Below the pieces are notes generated by a model. That model was not told where the DNA came from, ran no database searches, and worked only from the letters and a program-made list of their open reading frames with translations. Made by a program: the position numbers and the translations under genes. 64,000 bases of DNA, taken from NCBI GenBank assembly GCA_021325135.1, contig JAJPHT010000015.1, positions 64,001 to 128,000 on the forward strand, written 5' to 3'. This DNA comes from Pseudomonadota bacterium (lineage in GTDB: Archaea; Thermoplasmatota; SW-10-69-26; JACQPN01; JAJPHT01). The stretch's first letter is position 1; each line of letters opens with the position of its first letter. Shown in pieces: positions 8,755-16,470 of the stretch.

Positions 8755-9468
8755 ATGCGCGCGGCGGGGCTCCTCCTTCTCTTGGCCCTGCTGGCGCCCG
8801 CCGTCGCCGCGCAGGACCAGGTGCGCATCGCCTTCGCGCTGCGGGAGAGCGACACCGTGATCGAGGGCGACCTCGCCCCGGGGCAGTCGGTCGCCTACGA
8901 GGTGCCCCTCGACGCGCCCAACCTCACCCGCGTAACGTTCTCGCTGACGTGGTCCGAGACGCAGGACCTCACGGGGCTCTCGGGCCCTGACTCGTTCCAC
9001 CTCTCTGTCTCCACGCCCCAGGGGCGGACCGCCGGGGAGACCAGCGGCTCGCGCGGCGCCCTGGAGGTGGCCTCCGACGCCAACGAGCTTCCCGCCAGCG
9101 CCATCGTCCCCGCCTCCGAGGCCGCGGAGCGCATGGCCGCAGCCACGACGCACGCGGGCCAGGGCGCGTGGCGCGCGACGGTGCGGCTCGACGACGCGGG
9201 CGGCGCCCTCGACCGCGGCAACCACCACCGGCTCACCGTGCGCGCGCTGCGCTACGAGGCCGTCCCCCTGACGCCCGCCACCGGCGGCCCCGATTTCGGC
9301 GCCCGGGTCGCGTCGCCCCCGGACTGGCCCGGCGCGGCCGCCCTCCTGGGGGTCGGGGCCTGCATCCTCGCGGGTGCAGGGATCGGCCAGGCCGTCGCCC
9401 GTCGCCGGGCGCGCAAGGCCCGATCCGCTCTCCCTCCAGGGGACAACACCCCCTTGGCGAAACGGTGA
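8755..9468 (+). CDS. Secreted protein with C-terminal TM anchor and Arg-rich tail
   Basis: Signal peptide, beta-rich core, WPGAAALLGVG...RRRARK. Confidence 0.7.
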   Translation: MRAAGLLLLLALLAPAVAAQDQVRIAFALRESDTVIEGDLAPGQSVAYEVPLDAPNLTRVTFSLTWSETQDLTGLSGPDSFHLSVSTPQGRTAGETSGSRGALEVASDANELPASAIVPASEAAERMAAATTHAGQGAWRATVRLDDAGGALDRGNHHRLTVRALRYEAVPLTPATGGPDFGARVASPPDWPGAAALLGVGACILAGAGIGQAVARRRARKARSALPPGDNTPLAKR

Positions 9469-9504
9469 CACCCCGAGGTCGCCCGGCCGGGTGACGGGCG
9501 ATGG

Positions 9505-9786
9505 GTGATAGCCCCCCGCCCCATTCTCCGACGCATGGAATCGGCGCTCGCCTCCGACGCGTACCTGGAGGCGTTCATGAGCGGCTTCGAGTTCGTCCTG
9601 CTGGCCATCCGCGGCCGGCTCGCCGAGGGGGAGGTCCCCCCGGAAGAGCGCGCCCGGCTGGAGGGTTTCCTGGCGGACTACTGGCGCATCTCCGCCTCGT
9701 ACCACGCGCGCCACCCGGCGAAGCCCACGCACGGCCTGACCGTGGACGTGTTCCGCGCCGACCTGCCCGCGCAGGCCGTGAACTGA
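9505..9786 (+). CDS. Hypothetical protein (start may be 9535)
   Basis: GC3-biased ORF filling the gap. Confidence 0.55.
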   Translation: MIAPRPILRRMESALASDAYLEAFMSGFEFVLLAIRGRLAEGEVPPEERARLEGFLADYWRISASYHARHPAKPTHGLTVDVFRADLPAQAVN

Positions 9787-10005
9787 TCAGTCGAGGGCCT
9801 TCAGGCGCTTGACGAGGGCGCGGACCCCCACCAGGATCAGCCCGTAGGATAGGAGCGAGTCCCAGTCGTGCTTCGCCATGGCCGGGCTCTCCGAGACGAG
9901 AAGCCGGCGGACCTCCTCCTTCTCCTCCGCCGTCAGATGGTGGGTCACCTGGTCCTTGCCCAGGAGATATTGGAGACGCCGGAAGCCGGCGGGAGAGAGC
10001 GTCAT
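9787..10005 (-). CDS. Small protein with C-terminal TM helix (72 aa)
   Basis: MTLSPAGFRRLQYLL...LLSYGLILVGVRALVKRL; ATGA overlap with upstream ORF. Confidence 0.6.
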   Translation of the reverse strand: MTLSPAGFRRLQYLLGKDQVTHHLTAEEKEEVRRLLVSESPAMAKHDWDSLLSYGLILVGVRALVKRLKALD

Positions 10006-10265
10006 CGTCGGCCTCCGCGGAAGGACCGGCGAACGTCCTCCGACCCGTGCCGTCGGATCATGTCCCTTAGAGGTTCTAAGACCTCCATTTCTTTTTCGAG
10101 CATCCGGATGCGCTCCTCGGTTTCCTTGGCGGGATGCTCCTCGGCGTCTCGCTCCAGCCGGCCCAGCCGCCGCTCCAGGGCGATGCGGAACGCCACCGCG
10201 GAGGCGCCGAAGCTGAGGAGCGCGCCTACGCCCGCGTCCAGGACCGAGCCGGGGAGATCGACCAC
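10002..10265 (-). CDS. Small protein with N-terminal TM helix plus coiled coil
   Basis: AGVGALLSFGASAVAF then ERRLGRLE...EERIRMLEKEMEVLE; GTG start inferred. Confidence 0.55.
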   Translation of the reverse strand: MVDLPGSVLDAGVGALLSFGASAVAFRIALERRLGRLERDAEEHPAKETEERIRMLEKEMEVLEPLRDMIRRHGSEDVRRSFRGGRR

Positions 10266-10367
10266 GCGGAGGTAGGTCGCGCGGGGCGTGATGAATCCTC
10301 TCCGGGAATCGCGCCACGCGACGCAGAGGCACGGAGCCTTCATGACCCGTCAACGGTCTGCCCGCGC

Positions 10368-11288
10368 GTGACCGGCATCCTGGAGACGGAGGGTCTCGTG
10401 AAGACGTACCGCGGCGTGCGCGCCGTGGACAACGTCACCCTCTCCGTCCAGAAGGGGGAGATCTACGGCTTCCTCGGCCCCAACGGCGCGGGCAAGACGA
10501 CCACGCTGCGCATGCTCATGGGCCTCGCGCGGCCCGACGCGGGGCAGGTCCGCGTCCGCGGCGTCGACCCCCTGGCGGACCCCGCGGGCGCCCACTCCGG
10601 GCTGGGCTTCCTCCCCGAGACGCTCTCCTTCTACAAGACGCTCAGCGGCCGGCAGACGCTCCGCTTCTTCGCCGAGGTCAAGGGGCTGCCCCGCGAGCGC
10701 GCCGACGAGGCGCTGGCCCTCGTGGGCCTCGCCGAGGCGGGCGACAAGCGCGTGGGCGAATACTCCCGTGGCATGACGCAGCGCGTCGGCCTCGCGCAGG
10801 CGCTCATGGGCGACCCCGAGATCCTCGTCCTCGACGAGCCCACCGGCGGCCTCGACCCCCTCGCGCACCGCCAGGTGAAGGACCTCCTGCGCGACCGCAA
10901 CCGCAAGGGGACGACCATCATCTTCAGCAGCCACATCCTCACCGAGGTCCAGGAGCTTGCCAACCGCGTCGGCATGATGCGCAAGGGCCAGCTCGTCGCC
11001 CAGGACACCGTGGACGCCCTGCGCAGCCGCATCGGCCTCAAGGGCACCCTCGTCCTCACCGTGCAGAACGCCTCGCCCTCCATCGCGGTGGAGGTCCAGA
11101 AGATGCCCGGCGTCGACTCCGCGACGCTCCAGGGGGACCGCCTCTCGGTGGTCTGCGACGCCGCGCTGCGCTTCGACGTCGCCAAGCGCGTCGAGGAGAG
11201 CGGCGGCCGCGTCCTCAACATGGAGACCAAGGACGCGAGCCTCGAAGACGTGTTCGTCACCCTTGCCCAGGGAGGTGCCGTCCGATGA
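10368..11288 (+). CDS. ABC-2 type transporter ATP-binding subunit
   Basis: Walker A GPNGAGKTT, signature YSRGM, LDEP, SSH. Confidence 0.95.
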   Translation: MTGILETEGLVKTYRGVRAVDNVTLSVQKGEIYGFLGPNGAGKTTTLRMLMGLARPDAGQVRVRGVDPLADPAGAHSGLGFLPETLSFYKTLSGRQTLRFFAEVKGLPRERADEALALVGLAEAGDKRVGEYSRGMTQRVGLAQALMGDPEILVLDEPTGGLDPLAHRQVKDLLRDRNRKGTTIIFSSHILTEVQELANRVGMMRKGQLVAQDTVDALRSRIGLKGTLVLTVQNASPSIAVEVQKMPGVDSATLQGDRLSVVCDAALRFDVAKRVEESGGRVLNMETKDASLEDVFVTLAQGGAVR

Positions 11289-12151
11289 GCTGGACCGCCG
11301 TCGCCAAGAAGGAGTTCCTGGAGAACGTCCGCAACTACTGGATCATCGCCATCACGGTGGTCTTCCTGGTGCTGGTGCTCGTGAGCAGCGCCGTCGTGGG
11401 CGCCTTCTCCAGCGTGGGCAGCAACGCCCCCGCGCGCCTCGCCAGCATCGACGCCACCATCACGACCATGCGCTTCGTGGGCGGCTTCCTGCTGCCTATC
11501 ATCGCGCTCATGCTGGGCTTCGGCACGCTGGCGGGCGAGCGCGAGAGCGGCAGCCTCGGGCTCCTCATCGCGCAGCCGGTCACGCGCGCCCAGATCCTCC
11601 TGGGCAAGTTCGTGGGCCTCTACGCGGTCCTTGCCTCCGCGATCCTCGTGGGGCTGGGCGGCTCCGCGCTCATCGTGCTGGCCAACGCGCCCTCCTCGCC
11701 CAACGCGATGAACCACCTGATCCTCTTCCTCGTCATCACGCTGGCGTGGGCCGGCGCGTGGCTCTCGCTGACGCTCCTCGTCTCGGCGTACTTCCAGCGC
11801 CGCGGCACCGCGATCGCGGGCAGCCTCCTGGCGTGGTTCATCATGTCCATCGTCTGGCTGCCGCTCACCATCCTCCTCGTGGTCGCGGCAGGCGCCCGCG
11901 TGGCGTCTGCCCCCGGCGCGCGCCCCTCGGCGCCAAGCTGGCTCAACGTCATGGAGCTGCTCAACCCCGACGCGGTGTACGGCGGCCTCCTGGCCAAGAG
12001 CATCGGCGGCCTCGCGGGCGTCGTGGGCCAGCTTCTGGAGGCCGTGGTGCCCAGCCAGCCGTCCACGGCCACGTTCGTCGTCGCCATGGCGGCGTGGATT
12101 GTCGTCCCCCTGGCGGGCGCCTACTGGCTCTTCGCCAACAAGGACGTCTGA
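11285..12151 (+). CDS. ABC-2/NosY-like permease
   Basis: AKKEF, GERESGSL..L..QPVTR..ILLGKF; six TM; ATGA overlap. Confidence 0.92.
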   Translation: MSWTAVAKKEFLENVRNYWIIAITVVFLVLVLVSSAVVGAFSSVGSNAPARLASIDATITTMRFVGGFLLPIIALMLGFGTLAGERESGSLGLLIAQPVTRAQILLGKFVGLYAVLASAILVGLGGSALIVLANAPSSPNAMNHLILFLVITLAWAGAWLSLTLLVSAYFQRRGTAIAGSLLAWFIMSIVWLPLTILLVVAAGARVASAPGARPSAPSWLNVMELLNPDAVYGGLLAKSIGGLAGVVGQLLEAVVPSQPSTATFVVAMAAWIVVPLAGAYWLFANKDV

Positions 12152-12157
12152 GGCGCC

Positions 12158-12460
12158 CTACGGGAGCCGCAGGTTGTCCTTGAAGCCCTTCACCTGCCCG
12201 CGGCGGCGCAGGTAGGAGAGGAGGGAGTGGACGCGCCCCAGGGGGATGCGCGTCCGGCGCTGGATGTCTGCGGCCGAGCGGGCCCCCGCGCGCATGGCCT
12301 CCAGGATGGCCCCCGTCTGGGTGGAGCGGGCGGGCTTGCGGGCCCGCACGGGGCGGTGGGGGTGCTTGGCCATGGAGTGCGCCCGGGCGTCCCTGGAGCT
12401 GGGGAATAGGGCGAAGCACGCCGTGCAGGCGTAACTGATCACCTTGCGAACGCGCCGCAT
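12158..12460 (-). CDS. C2H2 zinc finger plus winged-helix small basic protein
   Basis: YACTACFALFPSSRDARAHSMAKH fits Y-x-C-x2-C-x3-F-x8-H-x4-H; C-terminal HTH (AADIQRRTRIPLGRVHSLLSYL). Confidence 0.7.
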   Translation of the reverse strand: MRRVRKVISYACTACFALFPSSRDARAHSMAKHPHRPVRARKPARSTQTGAILEAMRAGARSAADIQRRTRIPLGRVHSLLSYLRRRGQVKGFKDNLRLP

Positions 12461-12527
12461 GTCCTTGGGATTCCAAGGTCTGTCAAGAGCATTTCGGCTC
12501 GTCACGGAAGCGTTGAGGGGTTTCGCG

Positions 12528-13418
12528 TTACGCGCCGGCGGGGACGGACGCGGCGGCGGGGGCGCTCTCGGGCGCCAGGTCGCGGGGCTGGAAGGAGAGG
12601 TAGACGTTGTAGAGGAACAGCGCGAGCGCCGTCCCCACGGGGGCGTAGACGAGGCTCATGACGAAGGGGCCGTAGATGCCCGTGACGCCCACGACGGGGC
12701 CCGCGAGGAGGCCGACGCCCCCCGTGAGGAGGAAGCCGAAGAGGAGCGCCACCAGCGTCGTCGCCAGGTGGTCCGAGACGAGCTGCACGCTTTCCCGCAC
12801 GGCGCTGCGGACGCCCTTCCCCGACTCGATGACCGCGTAGGGCGCGTAGAGGAGGAGCACGTCCACGGCCAGGACGCCCAGCCCGTAGTTGCCGAAGCGC
12901 GGCAGCAGCAGCGGGAGCAGCAGCGCGGCGATGGCGAGGATGGCCTGGACGCCGCGCAGCGCGAGGAACGTCCGCCAGTGGCGCCCTCCGGTCGTGGTGA
13001 AGGCCTCCTTGATGCGGCTCCACGCGTCGGGGTGGCGCCCCTCCTCCAGGATGTCGTGCTCGGTGAGGTAGACCACCTTGAGGACGCCCAGGAAGCCCGC
13101 CTCGGCGTAGGCCAGGAGCGGGATGGAGACGAGGATGAGCGTGAGGGCGGCGAGGATGGCGAGGCGGCCCAGCCCCGAGATGGCGGGCGTCGGGCCCATG
13201 ACGTCGCCCACGGTGGGGAGCGCGTGGGGCACCGCGACGGGGAAGAGCGGCAGGCGGTAGCCCTGGGGGAAGAGAAGCTCGACGTGCGCGATGGAGGCGA
13301 AGAGCGCGGTGCCCAGGAGGAGGTAGCCCAGGTCCACCAGCAGGGGCACGAGGACGGCGCGGGGCCGGTGCAGCACGGCGTCGACGCTCCGGCCGAACAG
13401 CTCGCCGACGCCCTCCAT
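12528..13418 (-). CDS. Multi-pass membrane protein of unknown function
   Basis: MEGVGELFGRSV...; about 6 TM helices. Confidence 0.75.
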   Translation of the reverse strand: MEGVGELFGRSVDAVLHRPRAVLVPLLVDLGYLLLGTALFASIAHVELLFPQGYRLPLFPVAVPHALPTVGDVMGPTPAISGLGRLAILAALTLILVSIPLLAYAEAGFLGVLKVVYLTEHDILEEGRHPDAWSRIKEAFTTTGGRHWRTFLALRGVQAILAIAALLLPLLLPRFGNYGLGVLAVDVLLLYAPYAVIESGKGVRSAVRESVQLVSDHLATTLVALLFGFLLTGGVGLLAGPVVGVTGIYGPFVMSLVYAPVGTALALFLYNVYLSFQPRDLAPESAPAAASVPAGA

Positions 13419-13444
13419 GCGGGGGGATGGCGGGGCGGAGCCCT

Positions 13445-13813
13445 TCAATCTTGCTTGTCGTGGGCGGCCGCTTCCTTCGCCTTGACCTCGGGCGTCTTGT
13501 TGGAGCCCGGCTTCGCGGCGTGATAGCGCAGCCGCTCGACGGGCGCGCCGCCGCGGACGTGCGACTCGAAAAGCTCGTCCACGTCCGCCATCGTGACGCC
13601 GGAGTGCCAGACGTTGTCGGGCCACGTCACCATCATGGGGCCGTGGCCGCACTGGCCGAAGCAGCCCGACTTCGTGACGCGGATCTCCTTGTCGAGGCCG
13701 GCCGCCTTGGTCTTCTCCTTGAGCGCGGCGCGGATCTCGTCGGACCCGTCCAGGCGGCACCAGGAGCCGTAGGTGCACACGAAGAGCTGGCGTTGGTACG
13801 GGGCGTCGGCCAC
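13445..13813 (-). CDS. Thioredoxin-like [2Fe-2S] ferredoxin
   Basis: FVC.....C...GS, SGCFGQCGHGP...WPDNVW, HV.GG.PVERL. Confidence 0.9.
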   Translation of the reverse strand: MADAPYQRQLFVCTYGSWCRLDGSDEIRAALKEKTKAAGLDKEIRVTKSGCFGQCGHGPMMVTWPDNVWHSGVTMADVDELFESHVRGGAPVERLRYHAAKPGSNKTPEVKAKEAAAHDKQD

Positions 13814-13849
13814 GAAGCGGTCATCCGGGGGGCGCGCGATGAACCCTTT

Positions 13850-14731
13850 GTGCGCCCCGCCACGGAAGGAGCCCTCCTCGCCGCGGCGAGCGCGGTCGCC
13901 TACGGCAGCCTGGGGGTCCTCACCAAGCTCGCCTACGCGGAGGGGTGGAACGTCCCCAGCCTTCTCGCGGCGCGCTTCGGCGTCGCGGCGCTGGTCGTGC
14001 TCCCCTTTGCCCTCGCGCGGCGCGGCCCGTGGCGCGGCTTCGGCGCGGGCTTCCTCGTGGGCGCCCTGGGCTACGCCAGCACGACGGCGCTCTACTTCCC
14101 CAGCATCCGCCTGCTCCCCGCGGCGCTGGCGAGCTTCCTGCTCTACCTCGCGCCGCCCATCGTCGCGGTCCTCTCGTACCTCCTCCTGCGCGAGCGCATG
14201 GGCGCGTGGGGCGTCGCGGCCCTCGTCCTCGCGCTGGGCGGGCTCGCGCTCATGGCGTCGGGCGCGGCCACGGGCGAGGCGTCGGGCCTGGGCGTCCTGC
14301 TGGCCGTGGGCAGCGCGGTCGCCTACGCGCTCACGACGCTGGCCAGCCGCCGCGTCGCAGGCGCTCTGCACTGGACGCGCGCCTCGCTGGCCGTGGCCCT
14401 GGGCGCCTTCGCGAGCTATCTCGCCTTCTCCCTGGCGACGCGGCAGCTGGCCATCCCGCGCAGCCCCGCGGGCCTCCTGGACGCCTTGGGCATCGGCACC
14501 TTGGCGGGCGGGGTCGCGCTCTCGCTCTTCATGATGGCGCTGCCGCGCATCGGCGCGTCGCGCACGTCGGTCATCTCCACCCTGGAGCCCGTGAGCACCC
14601 TCGCGCTGGGCGCCTTCGTCCTGGGCGAGGTGCCCGGCTGGCTGGGGCTCCTGGGCGGGCTCCTCATCGTGGTGGCCGCGGCGCTGGTGGCGGCCACGGG
14701 CCACGAGACGCGCCCCGCCACGGGCGAGTGA
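13850..14731 (+). CDS. EamA/DMT family transporter
   Basis: 10 TM, LAARF, LYLAP, ISTLEPV, LGE. Confidence 0.92.
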   Translation: MRPATEGALLAAASAVAYGSLGVLTKLAYAEGWNVPSLLAARFGVAALVVLPFALARRGPWRGFGAGFLVGALGYASTTALYFPSIRLLPAALASFLLYLAPPIVAVLSYLLLRERMGAWGVAALVLALGGLALMASGAATGEASGLGVLLAVGSAVAYALTTLASRRVAGALHWTRASLAVALGAFASYLAFSLATRQLAIPRSPAGLLDALGIGTLAGGVALSLFMMALPRIGASRTSVISTLEPVSTLALGAFVLGEVPGWLGLLGGLLIVVAAALVAATGHETRPATGE

Positions 14732-14732
14732 G

Positions 14733-15893
14733 TCAGAGGCAGTTGGCCCTGGGCTGCACCCGCGCCTCCACGAGCCCCGCGTAGGCGACGCGCAGCAGGT
14801 GGGTCGCGTGATAGCCGCTCACGGGATCGGTCTCCGCGCGGACCACCGTCGCGTCCCCTGCGTGCAGCAGCGTGCCGCTGACGTACACGTCGTCGCCCAC
14901 CGGGCGGACGTCGAGGACGGAGAGGCTGGCGTTCCACGGATCGGGGAGCCAGCGCCCCTCGGGCGGCACGGGGACGAAGCCCACGCGGTCCGCGCTGAAG
15001 GTGACCGTGTGGTTGGGCATGGGGCCGTGCCGGAAGTCGCGCACGAGGGACCACGCCTCCACCTGGGGCGTCGCGTTGCCCACGGGGCGCAGCGTGAGCG
15101 AGGGCGGGTCAAGCGCGTAGTCGGCCGGCGCGCAGTGCCCGCCGAAGTCCGCCATGGCGTCGGGGCCCGTGCCGTTGAGCCAGTCCAGCTCGTCCACCAC
15201 GAGGAGGCGCGTGACAAGGGGGCCCGTGGGCGCGGGGAGGACCTCCACGGTGGCGTTGGCCTGGAGGGGCGGCGCGTCGCTCCCGCCCTGCACGGGGTTC
15301 CAGCCGGGCCGGAAGGAGACGCGCAGCGCGTGGGGGCCCGCCTGCGCGCGGACGAACGTCGGGCACATGGTGACGCCTCCCCTCCCTGCGGGGCACCACG
15401 CCTGGCGGGCAAGCGTGCCGTTCCACCGATAGCGCTCGACGTGCGTCTCGTTGGGCGCCAGCGTGAAGCGGACCGGGAGCCCGTCGCGATATTGCATGCA
15501 GACGCCGTGGCTGATGGCGTTGAAGCGCGAGTCGATGGGCGTCGCGTTGCTCAGCCCCTCCAGGTGGTCGCCGTCCACGGGGGCCAGCCTGGGAAGGTCG
15601 GCGTAGGTGTCGTAGACGTCCACGCCGTCGTCGACGGTCACATGGAGGCCCGCGTCGTCGAAGCACATGCCGCTGGGCGGCACCGCCAGGGGCGCGGCGC
15701 CGCAGTTGCGCAGCGCCAGCGTGATGACCACCGAGCCCCCGGGCGGGAGCCGCGGCGGCTCGACGCCCAGGTCGAGGGCGGGCTGCGGGCCTGCGCAGGC
15801 CGGAATGGCCGCGTCCGCCGACGACGCGCCTGGCTGGGGAGCGAAGCACCCTGCAAGCAGGCACGCGGCCACGAGCGGCGCGATCGATCGCAC
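14733..15893 (-). CDS. Lipoprotein with Ig-like domain
   Basis: Lipobox LLAGC; VITLALRNCG, TLAPNET....WNG. Confidence 0.7.
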   Translation of the reverse strand: MRSIAPLVAACLLAGCFAPQPGASSADAAIPACAGPQPALDLGVEPPRLPPGGSVVITLALRNCGAAPLAVPPSGMCFDDAGLHVTVDDGVDVYDTYADLPRLAPVDGDHLEGLSNATPIDSRFNAISHGVCMQYRDGLPVRFTLAPNETHVERYRWNGTLARQAWCPAGRGGVTMCPTFVRAQAGPHALRVSFRPGWNPVQGGSDAPPLQANATVEVLPAPTGPLVTRLLVVDELDWLNGTGPDAMADFGGHCAPADYALDPPSLTLRPVGNATPQVEAWSLVRDFRHGPMPNHTVTFSADRVGFVPVPPEGRWLPDPWNASLSVLDVRPVGDDVYVSGTLLHAGDATVVRAETDPVSGYHATHLLRVAYAGLVEARVQPRANCL

Positions 15894-15960
15894 GCCTTTG
15901 GACTGGGCGCGCCCGTGCAAGGCGTTGCCGCCCCTGGTCGGGCAAAACCGAACGCGCGGA

Positions 15961-16320
15961 TCAGAGGCCGCCCACGAGGTCGTGGAACGTCCGCAGAAGG
16001 TCGTTCCACGGGCGGTCGCCCGAGAAGCGCAACCGCTCGCGGCGTCGCCAGCCGAAGAGTCCCCGCCTGCGCTCCCACGCGATCGTGGTGGGCACGCTCT
16101 GCACGCGCCCGCGCCGGGCCTCCGCATGGTCGCGGTCCACGTCCACGCTCACGAACGCGACCTTGGCGTGCGGGAACTCCCGGCGCATCTCGCGCTCCAG
16201 GCGCTGGAACTTGGGTGTGTACCCCTTGCAGGGGATGCACCACGTCGCGTAGTAGTCCACGACGACCAGGTCGTTCTCCACGAGGAGCCGCTCCATCTCC
16301 TCGGGGGTGGGGGTGTCCAT
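15961..16320 (-). CDS. Thioredoxin
   Basis: VDYYATWCIPCK, VQSVPT. Confidence 0.9.
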   Translation of the reverse strand: MDTPTPEEMERLLVENDLVVVDYYATWCIPCKGYTPKFQRLEREMRREFPHAKVAFVSVDVDRDHAEARRGRVQSVPTTIAWERRRGLFGWRRRERLRFSGDRPWNDLLRTFHDLVGGL

Positions 16321-16401
16321 GCCCCTGGACCTGGGTGGGGGGCCATGATGGTTGCTGACGCTGCCCCTTGATCTTCAGGAGGCTCCGCGGGTTTTTTTAT
16401 T

Positions 16402-16463
16402 CCTTCGTCACCACTGGGCGCGACGAGAAGGAGAGCGCCCGTCGCGTCCAGTGGTGACGAAGG
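16402..16463. repeat. 24-bp inverted repeat hairpin just downstream of XPD
   Basis: ccttcgtcaccactgggcgcgacg / cgtcgcgtccagtggtgacgaagg, one mismatch; adjacent T7 run at 16392-16398. Confidence 0.85.
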
Positions 16464-16470
16464 GCCAGCC

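Noticed and set aside
9430-9456. Similarity between ctccctccaggggacaacacccc and the reverse complement of about 29462-29490
   Set aside because: Short, gapped and GC-rich; chance cannot be excluded
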